In this document: positions 35,441-45,668 of the stretch, piece by piece | How positions within the stretch are numbered: position 1 is the first letter of the stretch | Layout of the letters: every line of letters starts with the position of its first letter | Source: a virus | Lineage: Duplodnaviria; Caudoviricetes | IMG/VR virus record: IMGVR_UViG_3300044711_000045 | Span: 5,300 to 69,299 of that record | DNA: 64,000 bases | Strand: one strand, 5' to 3' | The notes under the pieces: model-generated | What the model saw: the letters and a program-made list of their open reading frames with translations, nothing else | The model's database searches: none | What the model was told of the DNA's origin: nothing | Position numbers and translations under genes: made by a program

Positions 35441-35469
35441 ACTCTAAACCAGAACTAATCACGTGTCAA
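35441..35469 (-). promoter_or_regulatory. sigma70-type promoter (leftward, early recombination operon)
   Basis: TTGACA, 17 nt, TAGAGT. 10 nt to ATG 35430. Confidence 0.75.
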
Positions 35470-35503
35470 CTAAAATCTTTCAAATTCTTTCTTAAAATTC
35501 TTA

Positions 35504-35533
35504 TTGACGGCTAACTGTGAGTTATGTTAGCGT
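35504..35533 (+). promoter_or_regulatory. sigma70-type promoter (rightward)
   Basis: TTGACG, 18 nt, TAGCGT with extended TG. 8 nt to ATG 35542. Confidence 0.65.
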
Positions 35534-35541
35534 TTTGGAAT

Positions 35542-35733
35542 ATGAGCACCGAGAAGAAATCCAAGGCAGTGAGAGAGGATAAAGCAATCAGTATCCTGCT
35601 GAATAGTGACGATCAAGATTGCTTAGATCGCATCGCTAAAGAGTACGGATTAATCAAGTACACTGATTGTTTGCGGCTGGCTGTACGTGAGGCCGTGCGC
35701 AATATTGAGGCACAGCAACCGACGGCGGCGTAA
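35542..35733 (+). CDS. Ribbon-helix-helix (CopG/Arc-like) regulator
   Basis: AISILLNSDDQDCLDRIAKEYG...TDCLRLAVREA. Confidence 0.7.
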   Translation: MSTEKKSKAVREDKAISILLNSDDQDCLDRIAKEYGLIKYTDCLRLAVREAVRNIEAQQPTAA

Positions 35734-35744
35734 TTTCTCTTCTA

Positions 35745-36074
35745 ATGGAAAAAAGCGAGCGGCTTAGCGACCTCCTCGAAGTTCGATACAAGTTTGGTTC
35801 GTTGCCTCTTATTGATGCGGCGCACGGACTTTTGTCGAACTGTTCCGGTATCTATTTTGTGATCCATCCAGAACACGGCATTATCTATATTGGGCAAGCA
35901 AAATCCCTAAAGGTTCGATGTCGAAAAAGACCTTGGTTTGCAGCCGCAATTCACATAGTGTGGGTGCGGGTAGCAGCCGAGAATCTAAATGAACTGGAAC
36001 GATATCTAATTCGTCTCTACCGACCCTCGTGGAATATCGCCCACAATCGGCCAAAGAAAACTAAAGCAGCTTGA
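35745..36074 (+). CDS. GIY-YIG nuclease
   Basis: SGIYFV...IYIGQAKSLKVR...ELERYLI...PSWN. Confidence 0.85.
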   Translation: MEKSERLSDLLEVRYKFGSLPLIDAAHGLLSNCSGIYFVIHPEHGIIYIGQAKSLKVRCRKRPWFAAAIHIVWVRVAAENLNELERYLIRLYRPSWNIAHNRPKKTKAA

Positions 36075-37066
36075 GGATGAACCCTCTCAAACTTATTTCG
36101 AGAGAGCAGATTGCTTGTCTCCCGCCTACTGAGTATCTCGGTAATACTAAATTTATCTCACGCGGCTTCAATGTGGTGTTTGGTCCCAGCGGCGTTTACA
36201 AATCATTCTACGTACTGGGTTGCGCTCTGACACTGGCGCGAACGGCTCCAGTTGTATATGTAGCAGCGGAAGGCGCAGGGGGATTGGATAGGCGGCTTAG
36301 TGCGTGGAGTCAACACTATGGAGAATCAATAGAAAATCTTCATTTCATTTGTCAAGAAGTAAATCTGCTCAGTGCGCCCATTGTAAAATCCTTAATAACC
36401 CTTGTTAAGCCCTTGAAACCTCAGTTGATCGTGTTTGACACGCTAGCCCGATGTCTAGTTGGCGGCGATGAAAACTCAGCGCGGGACATGGGCGTAGCTA
36501 TTCAGAACACGGCTATTGTTCAGCGTGAGGTTGGCTGCGCTTCAACATGGGTGCATCACTCTAACCGAGCGGAACGCGGAGAACGCGGTTCAGGTTCGTT
36601 ACGTGGTGCGGCAGATTCGATGATCGAGATGACAGCTAGCGGTGACGGCGTTATTCGCGTGTCATGCTCGAAGGTGAAAGATGACGAAGCGTGGCCCACG
36701 AACGAATTAAGATTTTTCAGTGTTGGTAGTTCCGGCGTTCTCATACCTAGCGATGCTTTCAGCGGTTCCAAGTTCTCGCCGCAGGAAATGCAAATCTTGG
36801 AGATGTTGGCGCTTGAAGTCTTCGAGGGATGCGGTGCGCGTGCAACTCAGATATCAAATACCACTAACATTCCTGAACGCAGCCTTTACCGTGTATTATC
36901 TAACCTAGAACGTAAACTGACAATCACGCATGGCAAAAGAGGCGACCCGTACACCCTGACAGACGAAGGCCGCGCTCTTGTCCGCCAAGCACCTGCCAAG
37001 AAAGCAAAAATTCTAACTCTTGTAGATATTGAAGTTGACGTTAGTTCTGTCAGTTCTGCCAACTAA
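36071..37066 (+). CDS. RepA-like replicative helicase (AAA_25) with C-terminal winged HTH
   Basis: GPSGVYKS, VYVAAEG, LIVFDTLAR, VHHS, RGSGSLRGAAD. Confidence 0.85.
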   Translation: MRMNPLKLISREQIACLPPTEYLGNTKFISRGFNVVFGPSGVYKSFYVLGCALTLARTAPVVYVAAEGAGGLDRRLSAWSQHYGESIENLHFICQEVNLLSAPIVKSLITLVKPLKPQLIVFDTLARCLVGGDENSARDMGVAIQNTAIVQREVGCASTWVHHSNRAERGERGSGSLRGAADSMIEMTASGDGVIRVSCSKVKDDEAWPTNELRFFSVGSSGVLIPSDAFSGSKFSPQEMQILEMLALEVFEGCGARATQISNTTNIPERSLYRVLSNLERKLTITHGKRGDPYTLTDEGRALVRQAPAKKAKILTLVDIEVDVSSVSSAN

Positions 37067-37165
37067 CTGCCAAGTGAATATGACAGACGCTGAATGTTCT
37101 GCCGCCAAATGCCACACACTTAAGTGTGGCAGAAGGCAGACAGGAGTGGCGGACAGTAAGAGAAA
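37040..37165. other. Candidate replication origin
   Basis: Repeated CTGCC/GGCAG units and inverted repeat TGCCACAC..GTGTGGCA (37110-37131) right after the RepA-like gene. Confidence 0.35.
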
Positions 37166-37184
37166 AGAGAGAAACAGATGAATA

Positions 37185-38528
37185 TCAAATCCACGGCCTA
37201 ACCTTCGGATCAACGCTGCACCTCTGCGCGAGTAGACGCTCAGTACCAATGATGCGCAATCCCTCTGCGGATCGGCATCGACTAACCGCAACATACGCCA
37301 TCGCTGGTTTACCGAAGAAGGCGTTACGGAGGTCAAGTTGCACGCGATCCAACGTCAAGCCCTGACTTTTGTGCACCGTACTCGCCCAAGCGAGGCGCAA
37401 CGGCACGTACCGCACAGTTCCAATCACGTATCGCCCACTGCGCTCATCAAACCACGGACGGCCCCAGCCGGAGAATTCTTTGCACTTGCTTTCATTGTAG
37501 TCTGTTGTTGTTGCGTGTCGTTCAATCGCCACGACATCCACCACCTTCTCGTTACGCGCCAACTTCACGCTAATCGAGTCCTTGTTTCGTGCGACAATCC
37601 ATCCGCAGTCGCCATTTGCGTAGGCAAGATCCGCACTATCCGCCGCTCGCGCATTTGCCAATATCATCACGTATGCACCGATCTTCAACTCCAGCGACTC
37701 CGGTATGTTCTTCCAATCATTCGGCGGCCAGCGTGCATCATTTTGTGCTTCATACCAGCGACGCGACTCCACACGAAAACTCTCTCCCTTCACCTTTCGC
37801 AACGCTACCCAATTGAAGCGGTCCACCTCATCATTCTTCGCCATGATGGTCGTGCCGGGGAAGGAAAGGTCGAGGGCGTTGGTGAAGGTAGCGTCCGTGA
37901 AGGAGAGTGCATTGGCTCCAGCGACACCCTCACCCGCTCGCAGCAAGTTAATCGCGCTAAGAAACTCACCCTCACCTTGTCGCCAGTTCTTTGTCAATCG
38001 CTCAGTGTGCGCTTCAAACTCCGGCCAGCAATCAGCCTCAAATGCCCAGCGAGCGTTAATCGGCGGCAACTGGCACCAATCTCCGCAAAGTGTAATTCCC
38101 AACCCCTCTGGCCTCACCTTCTGCACACCCTTCTGCTTGTTTGCTTCACCTACCGCTTGCCAGAGGATGTCCAGTTGCTCAGCGGCCATCATGGACACTT
38201 CGTCCAGATATAGATTGCGATAGGATTTCGCTAGTCGTGCGAGTGTGGTGGTAAGTCGTCCACTGATAAACGCATTTGTTAGCGATTCCGTATCGTAATA
38301 CTTCAACAGTGAGTTAATCGTCACCGTGCCGAGATTTACCGCCGCAATCCCTGTTGTGGCGCACAGTACGCCGTCTGTTGGGTCTGCCGCGATACGCTCA
38401 CGAATCATGTAGGTTTTGCCCGTACCTGCCGCTCCCGTTATCATGGCGCATCGTGTTGGTGGTAGTGCGTCCTCTGCGAGATCGTCAATGTCAACGTCGT
38501 TGATTTCGTCTGTTGCTGTCGTAATCAT
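37185..38528 (-). CDS. Pif1/RecD-like SF1B helicase
   Basis: GAAGTGKT, CATTGIAA, LDEVSM, GDWCQLPP, LTKNWRQ, AWASTVHKSQGLTLD, YVAVSR. Confidence 0.92.
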   Translation of the reverse strand: MITTATDEINDVDIDDLAEDALPPTRCAMITGAAGTGKTYMIRERIAADPTDGVLCATTGIAAVNLGTVTINSLLKYYDTESLTNAFISGRLTTTLARLAKSYRNLYLDEVSMMAAEQLDILWQAVGEANKQKGVQKVRPEGLGITLCGDWCQLPPINARWAFEADCWPEFEAHTERLTKNWRQGEGEFLSAINLLRAGEGVAGANALSFTDATFTNALDLSFPGTTIMAKNDEVDRFNWVALRKVKGESFRVESRRWYEAQNDARWPPNDWKNIPESLELKIGAYVMILANARAADSADLAYANGDCGWIVARNKDSISVKLARNEKVVDVVAIERHATTTDYNESKCKEFSGWGRPWFDERSGRYVIGTVRYVPLRLAWASTVHKSQGLTLDRVQLDLRNAFFGKPAMAYVAVSRCRSAEGLRIIGTERLLAQRCSVDPKVRPWI

Positions 38529-38771
38529 AACTTTTCCTCAACTCTTAACTTCTACTTCCACCCTCAGGGGAAATTCATCGTAGGTGGGTGGTGGAGGATA
38601 CTTGGTTAGTTGCATTGCTTTAGTTTAGCCCTACGACCACGCGGGCCGGATGGTGGCGCACAAGGGCCGAGTAATCCCAGTCCCGCTCGTTTGCACTTAA
38701 CGCACTTCCAGATCAGTGAGTTGTCAAACTTGCGCGTACCAGTGATTTCGCACTGATGATTGCTTAGCGAC

Positions 38772-39950
38772 TCATTCCCCTGATTCATTTTCTTCTCCTG
38801 TGTTGGTTAGAGCAGTGCGAGCGGTTTCATATTTCTTCATCGTAGTGTCCAAATCTTCAACGCCTGTGACCAAGATGCCTTTCTCGTGGGCTAGTCCGCG
38901 ACAGTGGGCAACTACGTCAATGGCTGCTGAATAAACCTTACGCAGCTCTTTCGCTTCTGTTTTAAGGGCATCGCGTTCAGCGTCTAACCTTTCGACTTCT
39001 CGCTCTGCTTGTTCCAGTCTTATGTTTTGCCCGGCGAGTAATCGCCTTACACGGTCGGGCGAGTCGTATATCGTCCTGAGACGGTCTAGTGCCTTTTGCG
39101 CATTCTCCCTGCCTACAAACACCTCTCCCGCGCTAACCCACTGTCCTTGATTCCAAAACTCCCAGTAGGGCTCGTTGGTTCGGATAAGACGACCAATGCA
39201 ATAGTGATCGCTCACCCCGTCACCTCTATCCAGCAGTGTGGGCCAATAGCCCCTTTCTACCTCTCCCCTTGGTGAGACTGAAGCGCGGGCTAAGTCAGAG
39301 CGGATAAATTCCACATCGCCCTTGTCATGCCCCGCACATTGCGTCCAGTTTTCGTGACCGTCGCGTTCAACTTTGCGGAGCCAGATTCTTTCCGGCGCAT
39401 CCGGCTTGAGTTCCGATGAGACTGGAGCACGAGTATAGAGCGCGAGATTGACCGCCGCCTCAACATCGTCAACGCGACTGACAAGCGGGTGAGCTATCCA
39501 CGATCCGATAGGGCGAAACGATTGCGTAAGTGTGACGTTCGGTAGACAGACAACGACCGGGACTCCTAAGCCAAGAGCAATACCCGCTTCAATGAATGCG
39601 CCTTTTAGCGGGAAGTCGTCATCCTCGGCGTAGAGCACCACCGCATTGCTTGACTTGATTTCGTTCGTGATGCGTTCCCAAAGCTCGCCAAAGTCATCCG
39701 TTTGGTTTTGTCCGTCTTCGTCAATCCATGATGAGCTGATAGGTATTCCCTGTCGTCGAAACTTCCGCCACATTTCCCCGCGTTCTGGCACGCTCGCACG
39801 AGACGCGACGTATATCGGCTTGAGTTCTGGCCCATCCTCAACAGGAGGATCGTCGTCAAAGTCTTCGTGGACGCCAAAGAACTCTTCACGTTCTACTGAT
39901 TCTTCACCTTCACTTAACCATTCGTTACTCATTTCTAATCCTTCCCGCAT
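38772..39950 (-). CDS. Multidomain protein with nucleoside 2-deoxyribosyltransferase-like domain
   Basis: IYVAS...SSWID...EIKSSNAVVLYAE...KGAFIEAGIALG. The C-terminal half is unrelated and coiled-coil. Confidence 0.6.
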   Translation of the reverse strand: MREGLEMSNEWLSEGEESVEREEFFGVHEDFDDDPPVEDGPELKPIYVASRASVPERGEMWRKFRRQGIPISSSWIDEDGQNQTDDFGELWERITNEIKSSNAVVLYAEDDDFPLKGAFIEAGIALGLGVPVVVCLPNVTLTQSFRPIGSWIAHPLVSRVDDVEAAVNLALYTRAPVSSELKPDAPERIWLRKVERDGHENWTQCAGHDKGDVEFIRSDLARASVSPRGEVERGYWPTLLDRGDGVSDHYCIGRLIRTNEPYWEFWNQGQWVSAGEVFVGRENAQKALDRLRTIYDSPDRVRRLLAGQNIRLEQAEREVERLDAERDALKTEAKELRKVYSAAIDVVAHCRGLAHEKGILVTGVEDLDTTMKKYETARTALTNTGEENESGE

Positions 39951-40267
39951 TTATCACTGTCGTGTTGCTCGTCTTCGTAAGGCGAGACATAACGCTCGCC
40001 GCAGTTTACCGCAAAAGTAGAGTTCGCCGGGAATCCCCTCGTAGCGTCCCAGACTCCCGGAGTCTACGTAGATACAAGCAGAAGTCTGATCGCGCACACC
40101 CAACGACGGGAAAGGGCCAATTTTATGGCAAATACCCACTTGGGTTGGGACGGTTTCTAACTGCCATTGCCCCGGCGTCCACGGTTGGTCATTCTTTGCC
40201 TCTCGTGCAGTTTTTGACTCGTACGGCCCGTCGCCTTCATACTTATTCTGTCTGGGGTTGTCGTAGC

Positions 40268-40837
40268 TCATAGTTGTTTTCCTGCTGTTTTCTTACGCGG
40301 ACCACGTTTACGTTTCGCGGCTAACTCGCGTTCCTCAATCTCATGCGGTTTCAACCGCTCAGTCGGCGGACACGAAACACTGTCAAAACTTGTCCAGCCA
40401 TGCATCAGACACCACGATCCCGCTTCATCTGAGTTAGCGTGACTCAACGCATATGCCGCACCCACTCCATCTACCTTTGGGCATCCCAACGCACACGAAA
40501 CACGCCTTCTAACCCAAAATTCTGCCGGATTGCGTCTCATTCGTGCCAATTCGACTTCTAACGCCTCTGGAATTCGCCCCTGACTTATAGGACTGTCCGA
40601 GTCAGCGTTTAGGTCTACGACTTCGGACTTCGCTCCTATAACCACAGGACGCAAATTAGGGCTATTTGGCAGGTTGTTCATTTTCAGGTTCTCCTCGTCT
40701 CGTAGAATGGCGCTATTTGCTTCACAATTGCCCTCAGAGCGCCGAGAAGGGGTGAAACGCGACTTCTGACACGTGTTGGGCGATTCTGAGGGCTTCCAAT
40801 CAGTTGAATACCAACTCAGCGTCAATGTTATGCTCAT
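40268..40837 (-). CDS. Hypothetical protein
   Basis: Basic C-terminus. True start uncertain. Confidence 0.45.
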   Translation of the reverse strand: MSITLTLSWYSTDWKPSESPNTCQKSRFTPSRRSEGNCEANSAILRDEENLKMNNLPNSPNLRPVVIGAKSEVVDLNADSDSPISQGRIPEALEVELARMRRNPAEFWVRRRVSCALGCPKVDGVGAAYALSHANSDEAGSWCLMHGWTSFDSVSCPPTERLKPHEIEERELAAKRKRGPRKKTAGKQL

Positions 40838-41015
40838 CGCAATATTCCACCCCTGCGTCTAAAGCCGTTTCAGGGGTCGCAAATCCTGCCTTGGCGCGGT
40901 CAGTAACGATTTCCTGATCAGCGGCGTTGTAGTGGTAAATCTTCCAATACCAATCAGGATCGCCGGGACGTTTGTACGCTTCGCAGAAGTTGATTCGTTT
41001 GTTTGTTTCGCTCAT
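40800..41015 (-). CDS. Hypothetical protein
   Basis: AGGAG RBS, MSETNKRINFC... Confidence 0.55.
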   Translation of the reverse strand: MSETNKRINFCEAYKRPGDPDWYWKIYHYNAADQEIVTDRAKAGFATPETALDAGVEYCDEHNIDAELVFN

Positions 41016-41039
41016 GGTTTTTCGTCTCCTTGAAATCAC

Positions 41040-41777
41040 TCAGGGCAACGCAACTCTATCCCCACACTTCTCACAGACCATTTGTAGTTCTGTTTGACTA
41101 CCACACTTCACGCACACCCGCACCTCACTGGTTGACTGAGCCATAATGCGTTCCATCTCACTCTCGATTACTTCTCGCTGGTCAAGGTATGCGCCACCCG
41201 TGTGTTTGTCGATCTGAACGCCAACTTTCTTTGTTGGTGACTGAGCCACGGCAGGCTTTCGTGAACGTTCTAACCACGGCGGTAAGTGTTTGTTTAGTGG
41301 TTGTTGGGTCGTTAGCCAGACGCCTAATGGCTCGCCACCTTCAACCCATTCACCCGCATCGTGATCGTATCGCTCACAACGCAAATCGCCGTCGTCGTCA
41401 ACATAGGGCACGGTGTAGCTATCGAATGGCCCTCCGTAGGTTGGTACTTCTTCGCCGTCAGGATTCTCCATGTCCAAGAACCACTCACGGCGGGTAATGG
41501 GACAGGGTGGACGGTAAGCAGGTTGCGGCGACTGTGTCACTCGAGTCCAGCAATGCTTGAGCGCCGCGCTAATTGAGCAGCGTCCCATCTCAGGATGGTT
41601 AGGATGTCTCCACCAATACGGATAACCCTCACCCGATAGTGGCTTCCATCCAGCCGCTTCCAAGACTTTGATCGTCTCTGAAAACAGCACTGCTGCAACT
41701 TCTACGCTGCTCGTCATTAGCGGTCTAGGCATAAGACCGTCGTGCTGTAAGGTGATTTCCTCTTGTGGGTTAGTCAT
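41040..41777 (-). CDS. Hypothetical protein with C-terminal zinc ribbon
   Basis: CVKCG...CEKCG. Confidence 0.55.
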   Translation of the reverse strand: MTNPQEEITLQHDGLMPRPLMTSSVEVAAVLFSETIKVLEAAGWKPLSGEGYPYWWRHPNHPEMGRCSISAALKHCWTRVTQSPQPAYRPPCPITRREWFLDMENPDGEEVPTYGGPFDSYTVPYVDDDGDLRCERYDHDAGEWVEGGEPLGVWLTTQQPLNKHLPPWLERSRKPAVAQSPTKKVGVQIDKHTGGAYLDQREVIESEMERIMAQSTSEVRVCVKCGSQTELQMVCEKCGDRVALP

Positions 41778-41977
41778 TGGTGATCCTTTAGTTGCTTATT
41801 GGCCCACTTGATAAATCCGCGCAAACTGAATCTATCTATTGGCTCATATGTCAGACCTTGGTCAATCATGTCGTTACACCACACAATCATGTCCCGTAAA
41901 TCTTGCTCCGTGTAGCCATCGAATGCTGGCATGTCTTTCCAGATGTAAGCCAGCATTGCTATGCGACAGATTGCCAT
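41774..41977 (-). CDS. Hypothetical protein
   Basis: Coupled ORF. Confidence 0.5.
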   Translation of the reverse strand: MAICRIAMLAYIWKDMPAFDGYTEQDLRDMIVWCNDMIDQGLTYEPIDRFSLRGFIKWANKQLKDHQ

Positions 41978-43238
41978 CTACTCACCTTTCCTCTTCTCCA
42001 TCAATAACTGCGAGAACATCGTCAAATTCAGCGCGTCCGTGACCATCCCAAATGGGAGCATCCTTGATACTCGTTTTAATTCGCTCCCGCTCTACCCGCC
42101 TCACCTCATCAGCGTATGAGTGTGAACGGCTGAACACGAAGCCGCAACAATGACAGCGATCAGAAAGAGAAATAGCAGCATGGTTAGGACTTCTCCGGTG
42201 GTACGGGTAATGGCAGGAACTCAGCATTTTCGTAGTCGCCCTTATAGCCGCAACCAATCTGGTACGTCATCCAAACCTCGTCGCCCTTAATCTCGACGGG
42301 AAGTGCCCGCGTGCGCTCAGTGCGCATCCAATAGAATCCATCCACGGTAGGCCACTCGCTGCTCCATCCCGCTTCTACTCCGTACTCAGGTGTAGCAGCG
42401 TACTTTGCAACCGCGCACTTACCGCAAGCGCAAACACACCAACCGTGCGGCATTGCTGGCGTAGGGTATTGCAAGCAACAACCCTGTCGAGCGTCCTCGC
42501 AATGGCGAGCGATGGAAGTGACTGACGGCTTTTTAGTGGCGTAAACTTCCATGCAGTGCTGAAAACAGAAGTGCTCTTGTGGGTTCTCGCAGTCAGCCAT
42601 CAAACATTCCGACTCTTTGGCATATTCAAATTCAATAAACGCGGCAACGTCGTCTTCATGGCCCCACAGTGCATCCCGATAGGCGTCAACGATCTTCTCC
42701 GCCGCTTTCTTTATCCACGCTGGTGATATTGGTTCAGGCGTTGATTTGATTTCGTTAGCCAAGGCAGTTCTCCTTGTGTTCTTCAATTGCCAACTTCTTA
42801 GCCGTGGTGCCGGTGACGGCCATAACGGTATGCTCGCAGCAGCCGGGCAATTGCGGGTTGTACCAAGTCGTGTAGGCGCGGAATCGCGATACCGATTGTT
42901 TGCCAAAACTGCCGCGATGGAATGGAAATACACCAACTTTAATTGACCTCATTTGCGGCAATCGTGGATAGTCGCTATCGAACTCTTTGCTCATATTCAT
43001 AATCCCTCTGGCTTGCGCAATCCGTGCATAACACGGTCTTGTGAACAATAGCTGGCGTACTAACTCCGACTCGACCAGCTCGCTCACAGTCGGGACAGGT
43101 CGCAGCAACCATTGTCATTGATCTCGCCGCCGAACTCTTCAGCGTTGTTACACGTTGCACACTTAACCTCGTTTGTCGGCAGTGCTACTACCCATGTGCC
43201 GCTTAGTTCCGCTCGTGGTTGTTTCCATTGTTCAGGCG

Positions 43239-43472
43239 TCATTGCTCTTTAACCTCCACCGTTAGACCGTTCAATCTCAATTCACTGTATTTGCCGCCAA
43301 CGACAATTCCACCTGTTAATAGTAAGTACTCCGCGCCCCACGTACTTACTGGCTCAAATCCAATCATGATATCCCCGTCCACAAGAATGCGCAGATCCGG
43401 CGCGAAAGCTTCATCAATTGCGGCCACTACTTGCGACAGACTAGGTGCGTGTGTGTTCATTTGGAATCCCCC
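43239..43472 (-). CDS. Hypothetical protein
   Basis: GGAGGGG upstream of MNTHAP... Confidence 0.45.
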   Translation of the reverse strand, partial: GGFQMNTHAPSLSQVVAAIDEAFAPDLRILVDGDIMIGFEPVSTWGAEYLLLTGGIVVGGKYSELRLNGLTVEVKEQ

Positions 43473-43714
43473 TCCAATTCTCCATCTCGTCAATTGGAAT
43501 CAGTGACCGCAATCAATCCCGGCAATCAATAGTTGGCTTCCCTCATCAGTACAAAGCCATTCAGCGTACTCACCACAAACTGGACAGTGTTCCTTGTTCA
43601 CCCAAGATGTCGGGGTATCGCAAACGTCCGTGCTTAAGACTTCTGTTACCATAGCTATTTCTCCTTCAGTTGTACCTTGAATTCTCTCGTAATCCAGGTT
43701 TGCGGTTAGTGCGC

Positions 43715-44107
43715 CTATGCGCGTTTTACGTAATAGAGTTGCGTTCCAAATCGCGTATTCTCTCGCTTGACCTTTGCTCGGATGGTTATCTGCTCACCCG
43801 CTTTTAGCTTAGGTTCCGGCTTGGTGCCGCACGTGTGGCCGATTGGGTCATCGTACTCAACTGCCGCAATCCAATCGTTCTCGTGGACAATGCAGACCGC
43901 TAAGGGGCATCCAACTGGACAGCTAACACAGTAGTCAGCGGGCGGAGTGTAGAACCAAAACTGACCATTCTCCGTTTCAACCGCAACCAAGAGCTTGAAT
44001 TGATAGTAACTACTGTTTTGACTGTAGCGACCGATGTATGGATCGGGATGGTCAAACCGCTTCAATTCAACCTTAGTAATCGTTCCTGAGTAATCTTGTA
44101 GAGCCAT
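43715..44107 (-). CDS. Hypothetical protein (OB-fold-like pattern)
   Basis: YSGTITKVE...GEQITIRAKVK...TQLYYVK. Confidence 0.55.
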   Translation of the reverse strand: MALQDYSGTITKVELKRFDHPDPYIGRYSQNSSYYQFKLLVAVETENGQFWFYTPPADYCVSCPVGCPLAVCIVHENDWIAAVEYDDPIGHTCGTKPEPKLKAGEQITIRAKVKRENTRFGTQLYYVKRA

Positions 44108-44181
44108 AGTCTACCGATACCTTTCTGCAAACCTGATTATCAAAGAACTCAAACTCTCATCTCACCCAACAGTGGAGGATA

Positions 44182-44382
44182 CTACCGCTCAACGTCCCTT
44201 CTGTCTGCGCCCCACATGCGAGCGGCCACAGGCGAGTCCCACCAGTTTGTCCCGTTAGAGACTGGCTTGTCCGTAGCGCGGCGAGCGGTATCTAGTTGAA
44301 TGTATTCAGCCTCAAGTTCCGGCGTGGAGTGACCCGTTCGAAGCAAGTCGGCAACTACCGCGTATCGTGATTTGGTTTTCAT
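44182..44382 (-). CDS. Hypothetical protein, first gene of leftward early operon
   Basis: AAGGAG RBS. Confidence 0.6.
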   Translation of the reverse strand: MKTKSRYAVVADLLRTGHSTPELEAEYIQLDTARRATDKPVSNGTNWWDSPVAARMWGADRRDVER

Positions 44383-44419
44383 TTGCAGTCTCCTTTTGAG
44401 CTAACCATCGAACGCGGCG

Positions 44420-44448
44420 AGATTAGCACGCTTACTAACACCTGTCAA
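44420..44448 (-). promoter_or_regulatory. sigma70-type promoter (leftward)
   Basis: TTGACA, 17 nt, TAATCT. Confidence 0.7.
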
Positions 44449-44471
44449 TACTAAATATCAATTATTTTCAC

Positions 44472-44500
44472 TTGACAGCAAATTATTTATCCACTATCGT
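44472..44500 (+). promoter_or_regulatory. sigma70-type promoter (rightward)
   Basis: TTGACA, 17 nt, TATCGT. 8 nt to ATG 44509. Confidence 0.75.
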
Positions 44501-44508
44501 ATTTGTTA

Positions 44509-44733
44509 ATGAAAACGCTATCAATCAGTGAGGCGGCGCGGGTAAAAGGATGCACACGGGGAGCAATTCTACATGCTATAACAAAAGGTCGTCTTCCTTT
44601 TGAAGAGGTAATGTCAACCACAAAGCGAGTGCGCGTGGCCGACTTAAAGAAACTAGTAATCAATCCCAAACGCCAAGCGAGCGGAGAACTTAATGGCAAG
44701 AAACGTAAATTAAACGGCCATCAACTACGTTAA
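44509..44733 (+). CDS. HTH DNA-binding protein (excisionase/MerR-like)
   Basis: LSISEAARVKGCTRGAILHAITKGRL. Confidence 0.8.
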   Translation: MKTLSISEAARVKGCTRGAILHAITKGRLPFEEVMSTTKRVRVADLKKLVINPKRQASGELNGKKRKLNGHQLR

Positions 44734-44772
44734 ATAATATTTTACTTCCCCTCCATTGGTATAGTGTGGTAG

Positions 44773-45243
44773 TTGTGGTTCAAAATGTCGTCACGTCCTC
44801 CATCTGAAAGCTACCCCGAACATACGCCATTTCACTGGACTGAGCAGAGGTCCGAAGCTGCTATTGAGCTTGCTATGGGCTATTCGTGGCAGCATACAGC
44901 TAACAAAGTCGGTGTAATTAAGAAAACTATTGGTAATTGGCTGTCCCATCCTGACTTCGCCGCCGAAGTAGATCGCCTCACGCTAATGGTCGGGATTTCC
45001 GCGAAAGCAGAACGTCTACGCTTGTGCATGCGCGTAATCCGACAGAAAACCGCTGAAGATGGGACGATTATCACTAAGGCTGATGTGATCGATTGGGTGA
45101 AACTCGCCGCTGCCGAACTCTCCGGTCTTGGCGATCTTGGTCTGGCCGCGCAACAATCAGAAGCTATATTGAACAGCGAGACTCCTGCCATTATTCCACC
45201 ACCCACCACTGAGCCAGTGAATGATTCGGAGGTGGTGAATTAG
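44773..45243 (+). CDS. HTH protein, putative terminase small subunit
   Basis: AAIELAMG.SWQHTANKVGV..KTIGNWLSHPDF followed by helical oligomer region. Confidence 0.55.
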   Translation: MWFKMSSRPPSESYPEHTPFHWTEQRSEAAIELAMGYSWQHTANKVGVIKKTIGNWLSHPDFAAEVDRLTLMVGISAKAERLRLCMRVIRQKTAEDGTIITKADVIDWVKLAAAELSGLGDLGLAAQQSEAILNSETPAIIPPPTTEPVNDSEVVN

Positions 45244-45276
45244 CGCCACCCCTAAAGCTAAATAGTAAATCTATAG

Positions 45277-45305
45277 TTGCAATATAGCGTGGACGGTGGT
45301 AAGAT
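45277..45305 (+). promoter_or_regulatory. sigma70-type promoter
   Basis: TTGCAA, 17 nt, TAAGAT with extended TG. 9 nt to ATG 45315. Confidence 0.7.
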
Positions 45306-45314
45306 CGTCCTGCT

Positions 45315-45668
45315 ATGGGCAAACAACTACCAAAGACAAAGAAGCGAGTAGCGTTTTACTGTTTTGTGTCGCCCTCAACGCTGAAGCTAATCAAGCAATT
45401 TGCGAAGGACGACAGCGCCCCGGAGGGACACGTACTTGACGGGTTGGCGCAGTTACGAGCTGCTGGTGAGTCGTTTGGGTTAGGGAGCGTACGATTGTCG
45501 TCTGCGGTCAAGACAATTGAGCGAGTGCCGGATGGACTGCGCAATGGTGAGCCGGTGATGTCGTCTGAGGTGGTTGAACTTGCCAGACCTGAGAATTCGA
45601 CGGCGCGGATGGAGAAGTTGGTCAAGTCCATGCGACCGCCACGAGCAAAGGGAGATAAGAGTCGATGA
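45315..45668 (+). CDS. Ribbon-helix-helix-like regulator
   Basis: KRVAFYCFVSPSTLKLIKQFAK...EGHVLDGL. Confidence 0.55.
   Translation: MGKQLPKTKKRVAFYCFVSPSTLKLIKQFAKDDSAPEGHVLDGLAQLRAAGESFGLGSVRLSSAVKTIERVPDGLRNGEPVMSSEVVELARPENSTARMEKLVKSMRPPRAKGDKSR

Noticed and set aside
37338-38223. Long antisense ORFs (291 and 172 aa) opposite the Pif1 helicase, and similar shadows elsewhere
   Set aside because: No motifs or RBS. They are typical shadow ORFs of moderately GC-rich coding DNA.
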